This document shows positions 1-15,200 of a stretch of 64,000 nucleotides of DNA, one piece after another (position 1 is the stretch's first letter; each line of letters opens with the position of its first letter). This stretch comes from Blepharisma stoltei ATCC 30299 (Eukaryota > Protista > Ciliophora). The stretch lies in assembly GCA_965603825.1 (NCBI GenBank), contig CBFDEM010000045.1, positions 248,001 to 312,000 of the forward strand, written 5' to 3'. Below the pieces are notes generated by a model, which was given only the letters and a program-made list of their open reading frames with translations, was not told where the DNA came from and searched no databases. Both the position numbers and the translations under genes were made by a program.

Positions 1-2365
1 AATTATTCTCATGCTTGCCAAGCATAGCTCTTAAGTCTAAAGTTTTAGGCTTATAAGTGCAAACTTCTTCTGCCTTTTTATTAACTTTATACTCAAAACT
101 GTTTTCTAATGAATCTATTTGAGATTGCTCAGATTTATCAGGCTCTGGGGCTTCATCGGCAGTAAAATCTTTTAATCTATGGCTAGAAGGCTTTTCCGCT
201 GAAATCCATTCAATTCGTGGAGAAAATATTTCTCTATCACTGGAATCTGCATGATCTCTTTCTTCTAGACTGCTTTCTTCGTCTGAAATTTCATTTTCAA
301 TCGTAGAGTTTTCTTTTCTTGACGAACTTCCTTCTTCATATATAGGCTCCTCATATTCTTCGTGTACATTTATATAAGGCTCATTTGAGGCTTCTGATTC
401 CTCATATTTTTGTATTTTAAATGCAATTTTTCCTATAGGTAAAGGAGGAATTTTCACAGGCTGCCTTTCACGATCAGAAACCTCAGGTGTTGACTGAACT
501 TCACAAGGAGTTCGGAGGCTGCTTGATGACTCTGTACCGCCAGTCTTTATTATCGAATTTTCTCCAACACTTCCAAGCTCATCAAGCTGAGCTTGTACCA
601 TTATTTCATTATCTAAAAATTTTTGTTCAATCTCATTAAATCTATTTTGCAATGTCAGCCTAAATTGATCCACAAGCTCACTTTTGCTATTTTTCAGGCT
701 TTCTGGTGGAGGGTCTTTAATATCAATCCATTCTTCATCTCTTTCTGTTTCTTGCCTTTTTAAAGAAAAATTCGAAGAGTTTGAGCTTTGGTCTTGTAAC
801 GTTAATTCTTCATGATGAGGAAAAGACTCAATTTCAATCGGCTCAATGTTTTTTTTGGTAAATAAAGAATTCAAAAGAGAGCTGCTGAACGCTAGATCTT
901 CAGACGAATGAGATTGGTATGATTCTTCAATTTCTTCAATTATCTTATTTTTTAATACACTTCTAAACCATCTTTGAATAATAATTGCTGCTTTATCAGG
1001 GCTATATTTATCATGCATTAATTGTTTGGCTTCTAGTACTCTTTCCTGAAGATTTTTTAATTTTTCTTTTAATAATCCTTGGCTATCTCGGATACTATCT
1101 GAGACTTTGAGATCTTCCAAAGACTCATGGCCATAAGGATGCACAGCTATATCTGAAAGGTCAGAATCAGTTTGGATTTTTCAGGCACTCAGATTATTTA
1201 TTTTATGGTTTGGGGACTTTTTCGGGTCACTTTCATGTCTGTAAAGGCTCATTGGATTTATGTATTCACTTTGTGATAAAGGCTCGGATAGTAAGCGCTT
1301 TTTCGTATATTCTTGAATATTGTTATAAAGAATCTTTTTTTTCTTTTTCTTTTTGGTTTTTTTCACTGCTGATTTTCGCTGCTTGTCTATCATTTCAAGT
1401 GCTCTTTCTCTTTCTTTTTCTTTTACTAATTCTTCAAGCCTACTTTGAAGCTCTGCGATTTTGACTTCTTTTCTTTTAAGTTTCATATATTTTTGGATGT
1501 TTGGGTCAGGGCTTCAATGCGTTTCTTTTGGTTTTTCGATTTTGGGGCTTTTTCGTCTTGGTCTAATATTTGGGTATAAATCTAATCCAATATGAGCTCT
1601 TCTTTCGTTAAGTGACCGTTCTCTCTCAGCTCTTTTCTTTTCTTTGAGTTCTATTTCTTCAGCATTTCTTTCATATTCTTTATTTTCAAATTTACTTTGA
1701 TCTACACCTCAAGCCAATTTATGAAGTTTTTTCTCTTTTGTAATTTTTTTCGCATTTTGTTTTCTAATGGCTTCATTTGCTTTTTTCAATTTATTTTTCT
1801 TTTCTTCTTCTTTTTTCTTGATTTCTTCTTCTTTTTTGATGTTTAAACTCTTTTCTAAGTGATTTTTTGTGAGTGTTTCGTTGATAATCTTCTTTATTTT
1901 TCCGCTGGCTGGCTTTTCTTTTACAGCTTCAATTTCTATTTGTTTTGGCTGAGACAGTTGGATTTTTCTGTCTCGTTTAGATGATTTAGATCGTCAAGGC
2001 TTAGGACTTATTTCGTGTTCAATTTTCGGCTCAGGAGGACTCTTAAATCTTTTTGGAATTGATTTTACAGCTGGTGCAATTTTTGCAGGAGAAGTTTCTT
2101 TGCTTATTGATATTTTATCTTTTAAGATTATATTTGTTTCTGATTTCTTTAATTGAGGTTTTGTTTTTAAAAGATTTTCTGGCTTTTTAGATAAAGATTT
2201 TTTAGTTGGGAGGGCTTGGCATGATTTTATTTTCTTTCCTGTTACTAGGGAAGAATTATTTTGGTTACCATTTGTGTTTAAGTTCAGGATGAATTTTGGC
2301 GATGATGGTTTTTGGCTTTCAATTGCAAATAATACGTCTTCCTGATTTTTCATATATAAATTCAT
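1..2365 (-). CDS. Large charged coiled-coil protein with an IQ-like motif; 3' end runs off the window
   Basis: ATG at 2365. ORFs 1994-2365 and 1181-1486 are in one frame and join through TGA codons. AAIIIQRWFRSVLK (~955-995) is in the same frame. No in-frame TAA/TAG was seen in the stretches checked. Confidence 0.75.
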
Positions 2366-2553
2366 GTTAATAAATAAAACTCGTACTTGATAATTTTAAA
2401 ATTTATAATAAAAATTATTTATATCAACAATCAATTAATCTATTAATTGCCTCTTTAATTCTCAACTATTTAATCAATTATCGACTATTCTTCTTTAATT
2501 CATGCAAAAAAAATAATTTTGCTTTTACTAGAACAATTTACATTTAATAAAAT

Positions 2554-3771
2554 ATGATCCAAATGAATATATCGCACTTATCCTTCCCACTCGAATCATC
2601 TCTGAAAGATACTAGAATCCCATTGCTTGATCCAAATGACCAAGGCTATTCTGACTCTCAAAGCTTAAGTATTATTTCTCGTGAATTTAGTAAAGAAGGC
2701 CAAATCTGTCCTGTATGTAACGATTATTCATCTGAAATCATAATTTTTAACATATGCAAGCATTCGTTCTGTAGCCGATGCATAAAGCTATACCTTTCGA
2801 CTCAGATTACACAGTCATCTGTGCTATGAATAAAATGCCTTCAATATGGTTGCCCAGAGCCTGTTCCTATAGAAGTGATCTATAGCCATCTAACTCCAAA
2901 CCTGAAAACCCTTTATGAAAAACTTAAAACGCGGTCAGAAATTTATAAAAATGAGCATTTTAGATGATGCCCAGCACCTAATTGTGAAGGCTATGACAAT
3001 GGAACAATAAAAAAGCACAAATTAACATGCAATCAATGCGGATTTCTGTTTTGCTATTACTGCAACCAAGCCTGACATGGATCAAAAAAATGCAATAATG
3101 GCAATGATTATCAGTTCGAAAAATGAGCAAATGGAAATAAAGTTAAATATTGCCCCAACTGCAGGCTAAAAATAGAAAAAGATGGCGGCTGTCCAGAGAT
3201 GATATGCCCAAATTGCAACTATGCTTGATGCTGGATATGTGGAAAAGAAAGAAATGCTAATTACCATGATGAAATGTTTTGCTTAATTGGATTAAGCAAG
3301 TGAGAGTTTTATTGATATGTCATTTTTGGTATGATTTTTGCACCTGCTCTATTACCTTTTAGTGTATTGGTGTTTTTTGTGATTATGATTGAAATATTCG
3401 GAGAGAGATTTGATGACGCAGATGAAATGGTAAAATATTTGGCTAAGAAAAAATGGCTACTTTATTCTATAGCTTTTGTATTTTCGCCTATTATTGTTGT
3501 ATTGATGATGGTATCATTTGCTTTTATAATTGGCTTACGTATATCAAAGCTTGGGCATAGAAATGGATACTATGCGTGATGGCTGTCAGTATTTTTTGGA
3601 TTTCTTATAGGAGTTGTATTGTTTATAGCATTTGTTTTCATATTAATTGCGCTTAGTATTGCTGCACCGTTATGCGGATTTTTCTTTTTCTTATTGAAGC
3701 TATATTTTATTTTTAAAAGACTAACTAGCAATGAAATTAAAGTTGAAGAATACCCTAGGAGTTTAGTCTAA
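2554..3771 (+). CDS. RBR (RING1-IBR-RING2) E3 ubiquitin ligase with C-terminal transmembrane helices, 405 aa
   Basis: With TGA=W the frame is open to TAA 3769-3771. RING1 CPVC..CKHSFCSRC; IBR RW(tga)CPAPNC..CYYCNQAW(tga)H; RING2 CPNC..KDGGCPEMICPNCNYAW(tga)CWIC; hydrophobic tail. Confidence 0.9.
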
Positions 3772-3863
3772 TATCAAGAATAATAGTTATATTACACTCA
3801 TATTAAGGCTAATTCAAATTGCAAAAATAATAATTAAAAATTTAAAAATATATTAACAATATT

Positions 3864-5795
3864 TTATGCGCTCACATTCTCATCTCGAAGCATGCTGAAT
3901 CCCAAGGAAAACTCGTTTTTAAAATTAATCCCTTCAACCCATTGCTTATATTTTTTATTTTCAGTTGGGGGAGGAAGCAATGGATCAATTGCAATCCTAA
4001 AAGCATTCTCTAACATTGCAGGAATTAATTTAGCTAAATATGAACATCCTAATTCTAGGCATGGATTTGTGTTCACCTCTATCAGCCAAACCTTAAAATC
4101 TCTGTCTATCATAAAATCATATCCAAATACCTCAAAAGCATGCATTTTTTTTTGATCATTTAAAATTCCTTTAACTGCCTTTACACTATCAAACACAAAT
4201 TTTTTAATTTGTGGCAAAATATTATCATAAAAATTGATTTCCGGATAATTAGCTGTAAGGTATTTTTGGAAATCTGAATATGAAAGCTTATTTCCAGACT
4301 CGAATTTCCCATACTCTTCGCATTTATTTTGGACTGCATCATTGGTTAAATGGATAAATTTATCGTTTGATTTTAATGAAAATTCTTTTGAAGCTGTCCT
4401 TAGATATCCTTCTTCATAAAAATATGCTTGGAGATACCCATTTATGCTGGTAACTAATGCATAACATCTGATATCAAATTTTCTTTTATTTATAAGAAGT
4501 GGCTTATCAATATATTTTTGAATTATATAGGTCCGCTCTTTTGAGCCCGCAAGAGAAACTATTTCGTTTATTTCTTGAAGAGAATTGCTGACTCGGATCC
4601 CATTTCCTCGATTTGTATTTTCTCCTGGTTTGATGATCCAGGTTGAATTCGGAGTATAAGCTGAGTTAAAATCATTTCAGCTTTGAGAATTTAAGCTGTC
4701 AATGTGAAAAGTAGTGGGAACAACTCGGAATATATCTTGATTTAAAGATTCGTAGAAGGCTTTTAAGTTGATGAATAATTTCTTTTTGCTACAAAGACTG
4801 CTATTATTAGGTAATCTATTATGAATCTTGACAACTTCTGACATATTTTGAATTGGCTTTAGCTTGGCATAGCTTGGAGAGCTTTTAATTAGTAAAGTTC
4901 CTTCAACCTCACTCTGGACAAATTTTGATGGAGTTTCTTGAACTAATTGCTCTTCTATAACTCCAGTAAAACCAGGCAAACTCTCAATAGTAGATCTATG
5001 CTTAAGCTGAGTCCATATCAAATTCGCTTGAGATGGATTCTCAATTCTGCTTCACCACCACCTTGATTTCATAATATGATTCACTAAAGGCGAATTATTT
5101 CCTTTCCCTATATAATATTTAAAAGTTGTAGTTTTATTCTGAAAATCAATTGCATTGCTTGATTGTATCACTTTAATTCATTTGTTCCAAATAACTTCTT
5201 TTGGGCATATTTTCAATTTTTCAATTTTTTGAGCCTTTTTTGGAGTCTTATGAGTTTTCTTAGGAAGCTCTAGCTTTGGCAATTCTGCGAGTTGGGGTTT
5301 TAAAGATGGCTTCTTTTGAGCTCTGAAATGTGGATGTGAGGATATTCCTTCAATTGAAATATCAAGAGCTGGACAAATTACTGTTTTGTTAAGCTTTTTC
5401 GACTCTCTTGATTGCTCTCTTCCAACTCTGTTGAAAACTCCTAAAATGCTCCGATTGACTGAATCGTCGATGTGCTGCATAATAGCATCAAGACTTGTCT
5501 CTGCTGTTTCAGTTTCAATTGGTGGCAGATCTGGCACATTTTGAGGAAGAGGCTCAAGAACGACGCAGTCAGAGTTATTGCGCCTGGATTTTTGTCTTTG
5601 GCAATCATTCGTGCTTTTAGGCTTTTCTTCATTCAATATAAGACTCTCTTTTGACATGCTTTTGTAATCTTTTCAATGTTTTCCTAGCCTTGAAATTGAT
5701 GGGACTTTAAAATGTTCTTGTTCTTTTAAATCTTGTGCTCTTGATTTAACTTTTTCTACCACAAGCTGTGAAAGGAGTTCAAAGTCTCTTTCCAT
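3864..5795 (-). CDS. Tubulin-tyrosine ligase-like protein (TTLL, probably glycylase class), 643 aa
   Basis: ATG 5795; ORF pieces join in frame via TGA. Motifs GKGNNS, WIIKPGENTNRGNGI, QKYIDKPLL..RKFDIR, HLTNDAVQ, FEVFGYDFMID..VWLIEVNTNP. Confidence 0.92.
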
Positions 5796-6243
5796 GATTT
5801 TAACTGAATATTAGAAATAGATCAGGATTTATTTAAATTTTGTTTCGTTTCGAATGAGTTGTAATAGAAAATTAAGATATAAATAATTTAAATTCATATA
5901 AGATCGATGAATTATATATTTTATCAAAAATCATTAACTATAGTTAAATATATAAATGTAAAATTTAAAAGCGTTAAAACAATGCTACAATGAAAAATAT
6001 TTTATAAAGTAAATTTAGAATTGATAAATATATATAATTCTGTACCAAAAACTGATTTAAATAGTATATTACTTATGAGGTGAAAAAATTATTTGTATAT
6101 ATATTCTTATTTTTGCTATTTCTTTAAATAATTTTTTATAGGATTTTAAACTTACTTTAGCTCAAGTCTTAAGCTATAAAATCGGTTTTAATCTTTATTG
6201 GCCTTAGTATTTATATTAAAACAGCATTATCGTAATCATTGCA

Positions 6244-9200
6244 TTATTGTTTAAAATTATTAAGAGGTACAGACTCTGTCATAATTTCCCAAGGATACAT
6301 CATAAATGGTGACCAACTTCCTTCAGGCTTTTTCAAAATCTGCTTTACATCTCCTTTCTTCCTTAGCTTTAAGAACTGTGTTGGCTTTCTTATTTTCGGC
6401 AAAGGCAAATCATTTATAGAAGATGAATTATCCAAAGTCCTCTTTCCAATTCTCATTGCATCATTAAGTTTTTTCAAAAGCTTAATTATTTCTGCTTTTT
6501 TTCTTTTTTCATTGCTTTCACTAATATACTTATCATAAATCGCTCTTCCTAAGGCTTTTATTAATAGCTCATCTCTACTTGATGATGAAGAATCTTCAAT
6601 CTCTCTTTGCACATAATATTTTATAGCATCATAAAAATCCCCTTCTTTTTCATAATTGTTTTCGTTCTCTTTGACATTTCATATTTTCAGAATATTCCCG
6701 AATAATAAAGCAAATCTTTCTAATAGTCAGAGGAGAAGAACAATCAATGGAACGGAAAAAAGGGCAACTACATCCTTAAAAGGGTTATAGCTCCATAAGA
6801 CTCAGAAATCTACGGCGTAAATTTGAAAAACCATTCCAATTGTGGAAAGTGTCATAACGAAGTAGTATTGAGGACTAAAACCAAACCGCAAAAGATTTTC
6901 GGTTGACTTTAATAAGGTGCGGCCTGAGTGAGGGGTGCGATCTGATAAAACCCATCTGCAGCGCCTTCCTTCATATATTCCTTTGAGATCCATTAGCTTC
7001 TCAGAAAGGAGCCTGCCTGTTCTACATTCAATAGCATTATTTAAAAACACGTCATACCCAATTTCTGCAAAAGCCTGCATAAAGGTGAAAACGATAAAAT
7101 ATTTCAAGAAATCTTTAGGAATTGATATTTTTAATTCCTGGTAAAAAATATAATTAAATACAATGGAGCATGGGAAAATCCAAGCCGAAATAAAGCCCAT
7201 AGAATTGATTGCCAAATCATTAATCTGCTCAATATAAACTCTATCTTTGAACCCTAGCCCAAAAGAGGGGTCATCCCCTCCTCCAAGCTTAAATCTCTGT
7301 TTGATTTTCATAACTTTATTTTTAATTTCAATTCGATATGGCTCCAGAAAAGCTCTTGTTCCAATTTTTATAAAAATTTGCGTTAAATATCCAGTCAAGA
7401 AACTTGTGAAAGCGCCGACTTTGACCGTAATAAGCATAATCGTTAGACTAGTAGCACCAAAAAATGGAAGAGCATAAACATCGTCATCAAATTTTATCCT
7501 GGATTTTTCTACTATTTTGCTACTCATAAACCGGAAAACAGCAATGAAAAGTGTGCTGAGAGACCCATATACTGAAGATTGTGAGAACTGATAGATGGCT
7601 AAACAAAGGATAAGCACAGGAATGCTTTGCCAGAAAAAAAGACCTTTAAGTCTTTTATTTTCTTCATCAAGATCGCGAAGTTCATCAGGGTTTTCACATT
7701 TTTCGACTTTTGGAAACAGAAGTGTGGATGCTCGGTAAATCATATACCAGCCTAAAATACACATAGAAGCTCCTAGTCTTCCATTTTGATATGTCTGTAT
7801 CCTTTGTGAGTCTGTAGCTAGCCCAGGAGTTATTGGCTCTGTATCATCCCAATCTCCAGGTATTGTTTGAAGATATTCTATATTACTATAAATTTCCATT
7901 AATCCTAAGCAAAGCCCAAAACAAGGAAGAGCTCCCATTGAAATCCCTTTTAGTGAGCTAAATGAATATTTCAAATAAAGAGTGATTTTCAGCTTTGGCC
8001 TTGGAAGAATCGATGAAAAAGTATAGTTCAAAGCCCAGAAAACTATTACACAAGTAAAAATAAATAGACATAGAAGCATCACAAATAAATAATATAAATA
8101 TTCTTGAAACGCAAATAAATCCAAACACTCTTTCCAATGCAGCGGATAAAGATAAAAAGTGAACTCATATTCCCTATTTGTAGTATTTTTATCAAACTCG
8201 GAAAAATAGATAATAGCTTGCAGGATCTCTTTGTCAATTAATGACTTTTGGTAGTATCCTACTTCCAGCCGGACTTTTCGGGGAATCATTCCTGTTGAAT
8301 AATCTGCGTTTCCTCTACTGGCTTGTACAGAAATTAAATTTCCTGATCCATAATATGAGGAACTGAATTCATTTCCACTAGTAGTTGAATTTGGGATATT
8401 TTTTTCATAATAGCTTTGCTCCAACTGAGGTCTTGTTAGGTAAAAAATGTATGACTTGCTAAGTTCATAAGCAGCTATTCAGTTATCTTTTGTGCTTGAA
8501 GCTAATACATTTTCTGCAATTCTGCATGTAAGACTTATATCACATACATCACCATGGGGTACTTTAAAGGGACTTAAAATGTCTACCCATGTAGTATCTT
8601 TGGTGTCTACAAGATCACAACTAGGATGAGTGACTATTTTATAGATTGGAATATTAGCTCCATATTCATCACAATCAGTAATATATGGAATATAGTCAAT
8701 AGGATACAAGTTTTGGCTGAGCATAAGCCAATCCCACAGTTTTAGTGTGTCTTGATTATATACTGATTCACTTTGATCATTATCCCCTAGACTTGATGTC
8801 ATTGTAGCTGAAATATCATTTATTATCTCAGGATCATAAGTATCATACGAGTCCACTTGTGAGCTATTCGGAAGAATGCTGAATATCCCTAAATTGTTGG
8901 GCTGGTTGAAATCATCATTACTTAGCCTATTTAAAACAGCTAAAAAGCTTGTGCCTGAATTTCTAGTAGGATAAGTCAGACTAGAAAGAGTAATACAGTT
9001 TTCGAACAAACTATAAAGAGATGAGTCCACAAAAAGTCCATAAAGAAGCTCTATCTTAAACTCAAGTTTTAATGATGTATGAGATAAAACAGCGAAATCC
9101 CAAACTTTACCTTGCTCAGAAATTGTTGATGAATAAACATAAGCAAGTGGAATCCTATATAGAGGAGAAAAGCTTTCGTATTGCACAAATGGGATCTTTT

Positions 9201-12200
9201 TGACAGTACCATAAGAATCTGTATACTGGATTGATAAAATGTATTGGTCTGGCATTGAGCTAGGTGGAAATTTTGTAGTATTAAACACAAAAGTTGCATA
9301 GCCCATAGAATCCATATATAAGAATGATTGATCATCATTAATTGAAGCATTAAAATAGCTAAATGGTGATATCGTTCCATAGATAGCTGCATCCTTCGAA
9401 GGATCTTTAATGCATCCGTATAGTGACTTAGCTCCTTCTTCACTTATTGTTCCACTAGGACATGGAATTCCTGCACCACTTCCTTGTGGGCAATACGAAT
9501 TTCTAGGACATTTATACCCAACAACGCAGTCATCTGGGGTGCTTTGACAAATCTCTAGCATGTCATTTGTAATCCCAGTTCCTTCAGGACAATAATAGCC
9601 AGCAGGACATGTATAATTCACTAATTGAGCGTTATCGCTGATTCCTTCAGGGCAATAATATTTCGCATCTGATAGTATATAAGCTGCACTTGTGCCTTCA
9701 GGACATATAAAGCCTGCAGGGCACAGAGACATTTCTGACATATAAGAAATTCCTGTAATGCCACATACATATTTGGCTGGGCACAATTTGCAATTTAAAT
9801 ATGATTTAAGGCCTATATTTCCTCCACTTCATCTACCTTGAGGGCAATCCTGACAATTAGGTGTCACACCAGACCTATACTTCCCAAGGGGGCATGGCAA
9901 AGGCTTTACAGTTCCTGCAGTTGGGCAATAGTAGCCATCTGGGCAGTTTGAGCAACGAGATGCCATACATCGGTCGTTATAACTACCAACCGCACAAATT
10001 TGTGGGCCATTTGAGTCATTTGGATCAGCAGAGCCTGTTCCTGAAGGACAGGCATAGCCAGGCTGGCATGGAACAGGAGTTTTATCATAAGGAGGATTTA
10101 CTTTGCAACTTGTTACATAGCTAGACTCAAGCAGTCTTCCTGATGTAAAAGAAGAAACTTTAGTATTGGTGCCTTCTAGACAAAAATATCCAGGTGGGCA
10201 AGGACCAGTTGTATCAAATAACCCTTCAAGATCACAATAATAGCCTGCTGGGCATAGAGTGGGCTCAGTTGAATTTGTCTTTGGACAAATATACCCTAGT
10301 GGGCATGTGTAGCAATCTCCTTTCCCTTTCTCATTTTGATAAAATCCTACTGGGCAAATAGTATTCTTGCTCGACCCTTCAGGGCACATGGAGCCTGCAG
10401 GGCACAAAATTGGGCACTTATATAAGGTTTCATCGCAATAGCCAGTATCTGACACTGTTGAATTTACCCCAGATTCGCAGTAATAGCCTTCTGGACATGC
10501 GTCACCGTCAGATAGCCCAACTCGATTGCAAATATACCCTGACTTGCAAGGCCAATGCTCGGTCATAGCTTGATTAGGACAATAATACCCAATTTCGCAT
10601 TGTATGCAAGCTCCTTTTGCCCAGTACGGGTTATATGTTGATGGTGCGCAAGCTACAGGTAAGGTAGAGGCTGTATCACAGTAATATCCAGGTTGGCATA
10701 TTTTGGAAAAAACAGTTCTATTTTCAGTTTTCGCTGAGTCACAGTAATAGCCTACATCGCAAGGCGTGCAGGAAGATTTTCCACATTCTTTCTGATAATA
10801 TCCAGGAGAGCATTCCATAGGATCTGATAGCCCTTCGACAGGACAATAATATCCATATGGGCATGAACATGTCATGCATTGTGTACCAGGGTTGCAGATA
10901 TCGTCTGTTTGCTTTCCAGGGCAGTATTTTCCAACTTCGCATGTACTGTCGTTATCCCACATTTCTCCACTACCTGGCTCACAGACAAAACCTAACATGC
11001 AAGATCGTGGCGCCCATCAGTCAGTTTTTGTAGTAGAAAGAGTGCTTGTATTCACAGCCATTGAACAGTATGCATTTTCAGGGCACAGTTTTGGGGCAAC
11101 CGCAGTTATACCATTAAGAGGTTCAGCTCCATTTCTTGCTGAATTTATGCAATCAGGGATAAAATGTGGGCTTGTATAATAATCAGCAGAGTCACCCATA
11201 GCACTACCTCTCTTCCATCAATGATCTGTATTATTAATTAGACTGTGAAGTTTGAGATTCCAATAGTCATAATTATTTGATATTATTTGAGTATTTGTTC
11301 CTTCATTACAATAATGCCCAGGAGGACAAGCTGCAAATGGGAGCTGAATTCCACTCCTATCACAGATGAACCCAGCTTGGCAAATTTCTTGAGCTGGCAT
11401 ACCATCGTCTGGACACATATAACCTCTTTGGCATGTTTTGCATGATGATTTGGCAGTCTGATCTTGATAAGTTCCTGCTTTACAAGGAGTAGGCTGATAT
11501 ACAACACTTTGCCCAGGAGCGCACTTAGATCCAGTAGGACAATCCTTTATTTGGCCTGTATTATCTAAGTATTGTCCTGAATTAAAAACATCTGAACTAT
11601 ATGTAAATGTCGCAGTCTTTGAGCTTCATTGATAAGGATCACTAATAGGAGACAAATAAACAACTACATTTGCAGTGTCAAGCTCAGGAGGAACTATAAC
11701 TGTGACAGAGTTTGAGGTGCAAGAAGAAGCTGTTACTATTTTATAGCCTCCAAAATTAAGATAGCTAGTTGGGCAAGGAGACCAGTACTTTCAATCTACG
11801 CTGAATGTAAAACTATATCCTCCTAAGCTATGTCCTGACCCATCAGACAATAAAGCAGGCTCTCCATAAACAGTTAAATTCGAGTATCCACAATCATCGC
11901 TATATTTATCTCTTGGACAAACATAAATTTTGCATGCAGCAGGGTTGCTATTACTGTTTCATGATGGGTCAGGCTGAGCAATTGCACAATATCCTTTCTT
12001 ATTGTTATTGCTATCAACATAGAACACGCCTTCTACTGGAGTGCCGCTATTATAGGATGTAAAACAGGTGAAGTCAGAAAGAAAATTTCCACATCCTGAT
12101 TCTAATACTATAATGCTCCCTGTAGCTCCAGTATTGCTGCTTGGGCTAGTGGCTCAACATCCTGCTGGGATATATCCTGTGCATGTTGTATATCCCCAGT

Positions 12201-15200
12201 AACTAGTTGTGCATGTGCTTGGATCAACTATTCACTGTCTAGGAACTGTAGTAGTATTATGATTAAAATTTTGTGGATATATTGTTGAAATTCCCATATA
12301 ATTCTCTAAAAATATTGGAAAATTCATGATATTGTAGTTACTATCGATATTGCAAGTTGTGATATCTAAATCTTGGCTTATAAACGTACATACCCTTGTA
12401 CCTACATAAATAGTAATATCGCCTTCATAGCCGTATATAGAAATATAAGGACTATTAAAGTCAATTCAATCTCCATAGTTTAATAAGTCCCCATAAAGCA
12501 GGGATGTACAATTAAAACCTTGGCAAAAAGCAATATAAGCTGAAGAATAGGATGCTAGAGAATTGCAGGCTATACTTTGGTCCTGATCAGTTATTCTGAC
12601 TTCAAAAATGTCGCTCCAAAACATAGTAACTGATATAGAACTTCATACTAGATTGTTATTTCCATTAATACTAATCACTCCGTTGGTAGCTTCATTTGTC
12701 CTTGGCATCACGCAAAACCTATAGCCATCAAGCTCATAGTCAGCTCCTTGTAGAGCCCACCCGGCTATCTGAGTGCTTCTATATATTTCAAATCCAGTAT
12801 TTTGCCAATATGTAAAATAAGGAGGATGGTTTACAATGTTTACATTGATATTAAATCTTGTCTCCCCACAAATATTGTCATTATCACACACTGTCACGAT
12901 TACAGTTTTACTAATACTATAGCTCATAATATATGGTGACTTTAAAATCGTTCCTTTTCCTTTTAGAGCTAAACCTGGAACTGTATCTCCTCCTAACGTG
13001 ACTGTAAGTTGGTCTAGTGATTTATAAGGGTTGAAATAGGTAAGGTCAATTAATAAAGAATCGTCTTCAGATACAGTTTGGGTTGGAATTGTTGTAAAAG
13101 TAGTTTGGAACTGTGTTCATTCAACATTATATATGATGATTTCAGCAATATCATAGTTGGTAGGGTTTGCTGTTTCATATACTTTAACTGTAATAATGCC
13201 TGAAGAAGTGTGATAATACATAGGTGTCCATGAGACTTCATAAGTATCTGAGCCAGTCGATATAGGGGCTACAGTGATTCCATAAGGATTAGTTCCGACT
13301 ACAGTTAAAGAAAGGTCAGAAATAGGGTTATCTGAATCATATATTTTAAAATATCTTGTATCTATTCTTCCTTGTTTAAAACCTGTAAACAAAAATTGTT
13401 TTATTGGGTTTGTACTATAAAAAGGATTCGAGCTATCATAGATTAGTATTTGAGGAGGATCATTGATTGGAGTAATAACCATATCAAAGTCTTGGCAGGC
13501 TTGTTTTGGATATCTTTTGTGGTCGTCTACACATAAACTAAACTTCGCATATTCAATAGAGCCAGTATTTATACTTCCTACAGAAATTTGCACAAGCCCA
13601 AAATCACCAGGAGTAAACGCAGGCATAAAGGATGAATCGTATGTAAGTGTGGTAAAAAGGTCTTCAATATAAGTATATTTCTCTGAATAAGCGATTCTAT
13701 AATATGCAAAATCATGTTCATTAAGACTCCAAGTCCCAGTCATAGGAGTAATAATTGGCTCATAATATGGATAAAGAATGAATGAGCAATATCCTGTCAC
13801 AAGAGTTAATGAATTTTGTGCATAAACTGTGAGTGTAGGAGTAGGTGTTGAGTTTGGTGGAATTCACGTTAAAGTCCCACTGCTGCTATATGATATTGTT
13901 GAATAAGATGGGCTCAAAGTATAATCAATTGTACCATCTGTTGCATCAGTTTCAGAAACTGATGTGTCTCATGTAAAAAGTATCTCAGCCGGAATTGAGA
14001 GCTGATCTACACTAGGACATCTTGGAGCTGGTATTTCATTAGCTCCCACAATATTTAATGTTGCAGTAATGCAGCCCATTAAAGGATAATATTGATGATC
14101 ATCTTGTGCACAAACTGTCAGGCTTAGTTGATAAGGATAAGTTTTGCCATCTGGCAAAGAGTCTGGCGTTGTTCATTGGACAAGCCCAGTTGTGCTATCT
14201 ATTGTCGGTCCTGAGAAATCTGTAGTAATGCTATATGAAACAGTTTGGCTATCAGTGGCAGTGAATCATTGTGACCAAGGTGTCCGTCCTAATTTTAAAT
14301 CATATGTTGTACTTATTCCAGGGAAGGTTGGTCTTTCATTGGGATGCAAAGAAAATGTTTTGTCTATAATTCGACCAAGGGCGTCTTTTGCTTCCATTGT
14401 CAAAATATAGCCATTGTCGCTAGATGATAAATCATTGTACCCATTCAATGCGTTTCAAGTCACAGTGCAGTATTTTGAAGATCCGGTTTGAACAACAGTC
14501 TGATAAACATCACAACTTCCTATATTAGCATTTTTAAATGTGCATGAAGTGATATCTGGGCCAACTTCCACATTGCAAGTCCAGACTGTTCCTTCACCAA
14601 TGACAGGAGGAGGATAGCAGATATCGCCAATTGAAGGATCTGAAATATCTTGTATAGTGAGAGTTGACTGCGTTGTAGTTATTTGAGGGAGTATTTTTGA
14701 GTCTTTAAAAGTTGTCTGACAAAGGATATTAAAAGTATAAGTACCAGCAGTCTGGGGAATCCATGTTAAATTATAAGAGCTCACTCCAGTGGTAGCATTA
14801 GTTGTTTTTGAAAGCGGAACAGCACCCATAGTGGTAGGCGAATTTTCTAATAAAATTGAAAGGTCTGCTACATCAGCATTAGAACTTACAGCTTCTGATG
14901 TATACTGCCAGAAATAATTTGTATATCACGTCTGACTAAATGTAGAAGCTGTACAATTATTTCTGAAGGTAAGTGAAATAGTATTAGACCGTGACATTGA
15001 GTGCATAGCTTGCAAATAGCAAGTAAAAGTTATGCTTACAGTTGACGGATATGTTTTAACTCCATTTTGAGTTACAGCATTATCAACTCCATCTCAAGTT
15101 AAAGTGCGGCTAGATCATGTCGGAGGACTATCAAAATTGGAAGAAATTGACTTTGTACAAGCTACTGACTCTCCATTCAAATAGCTTAAATATTCAAGTT

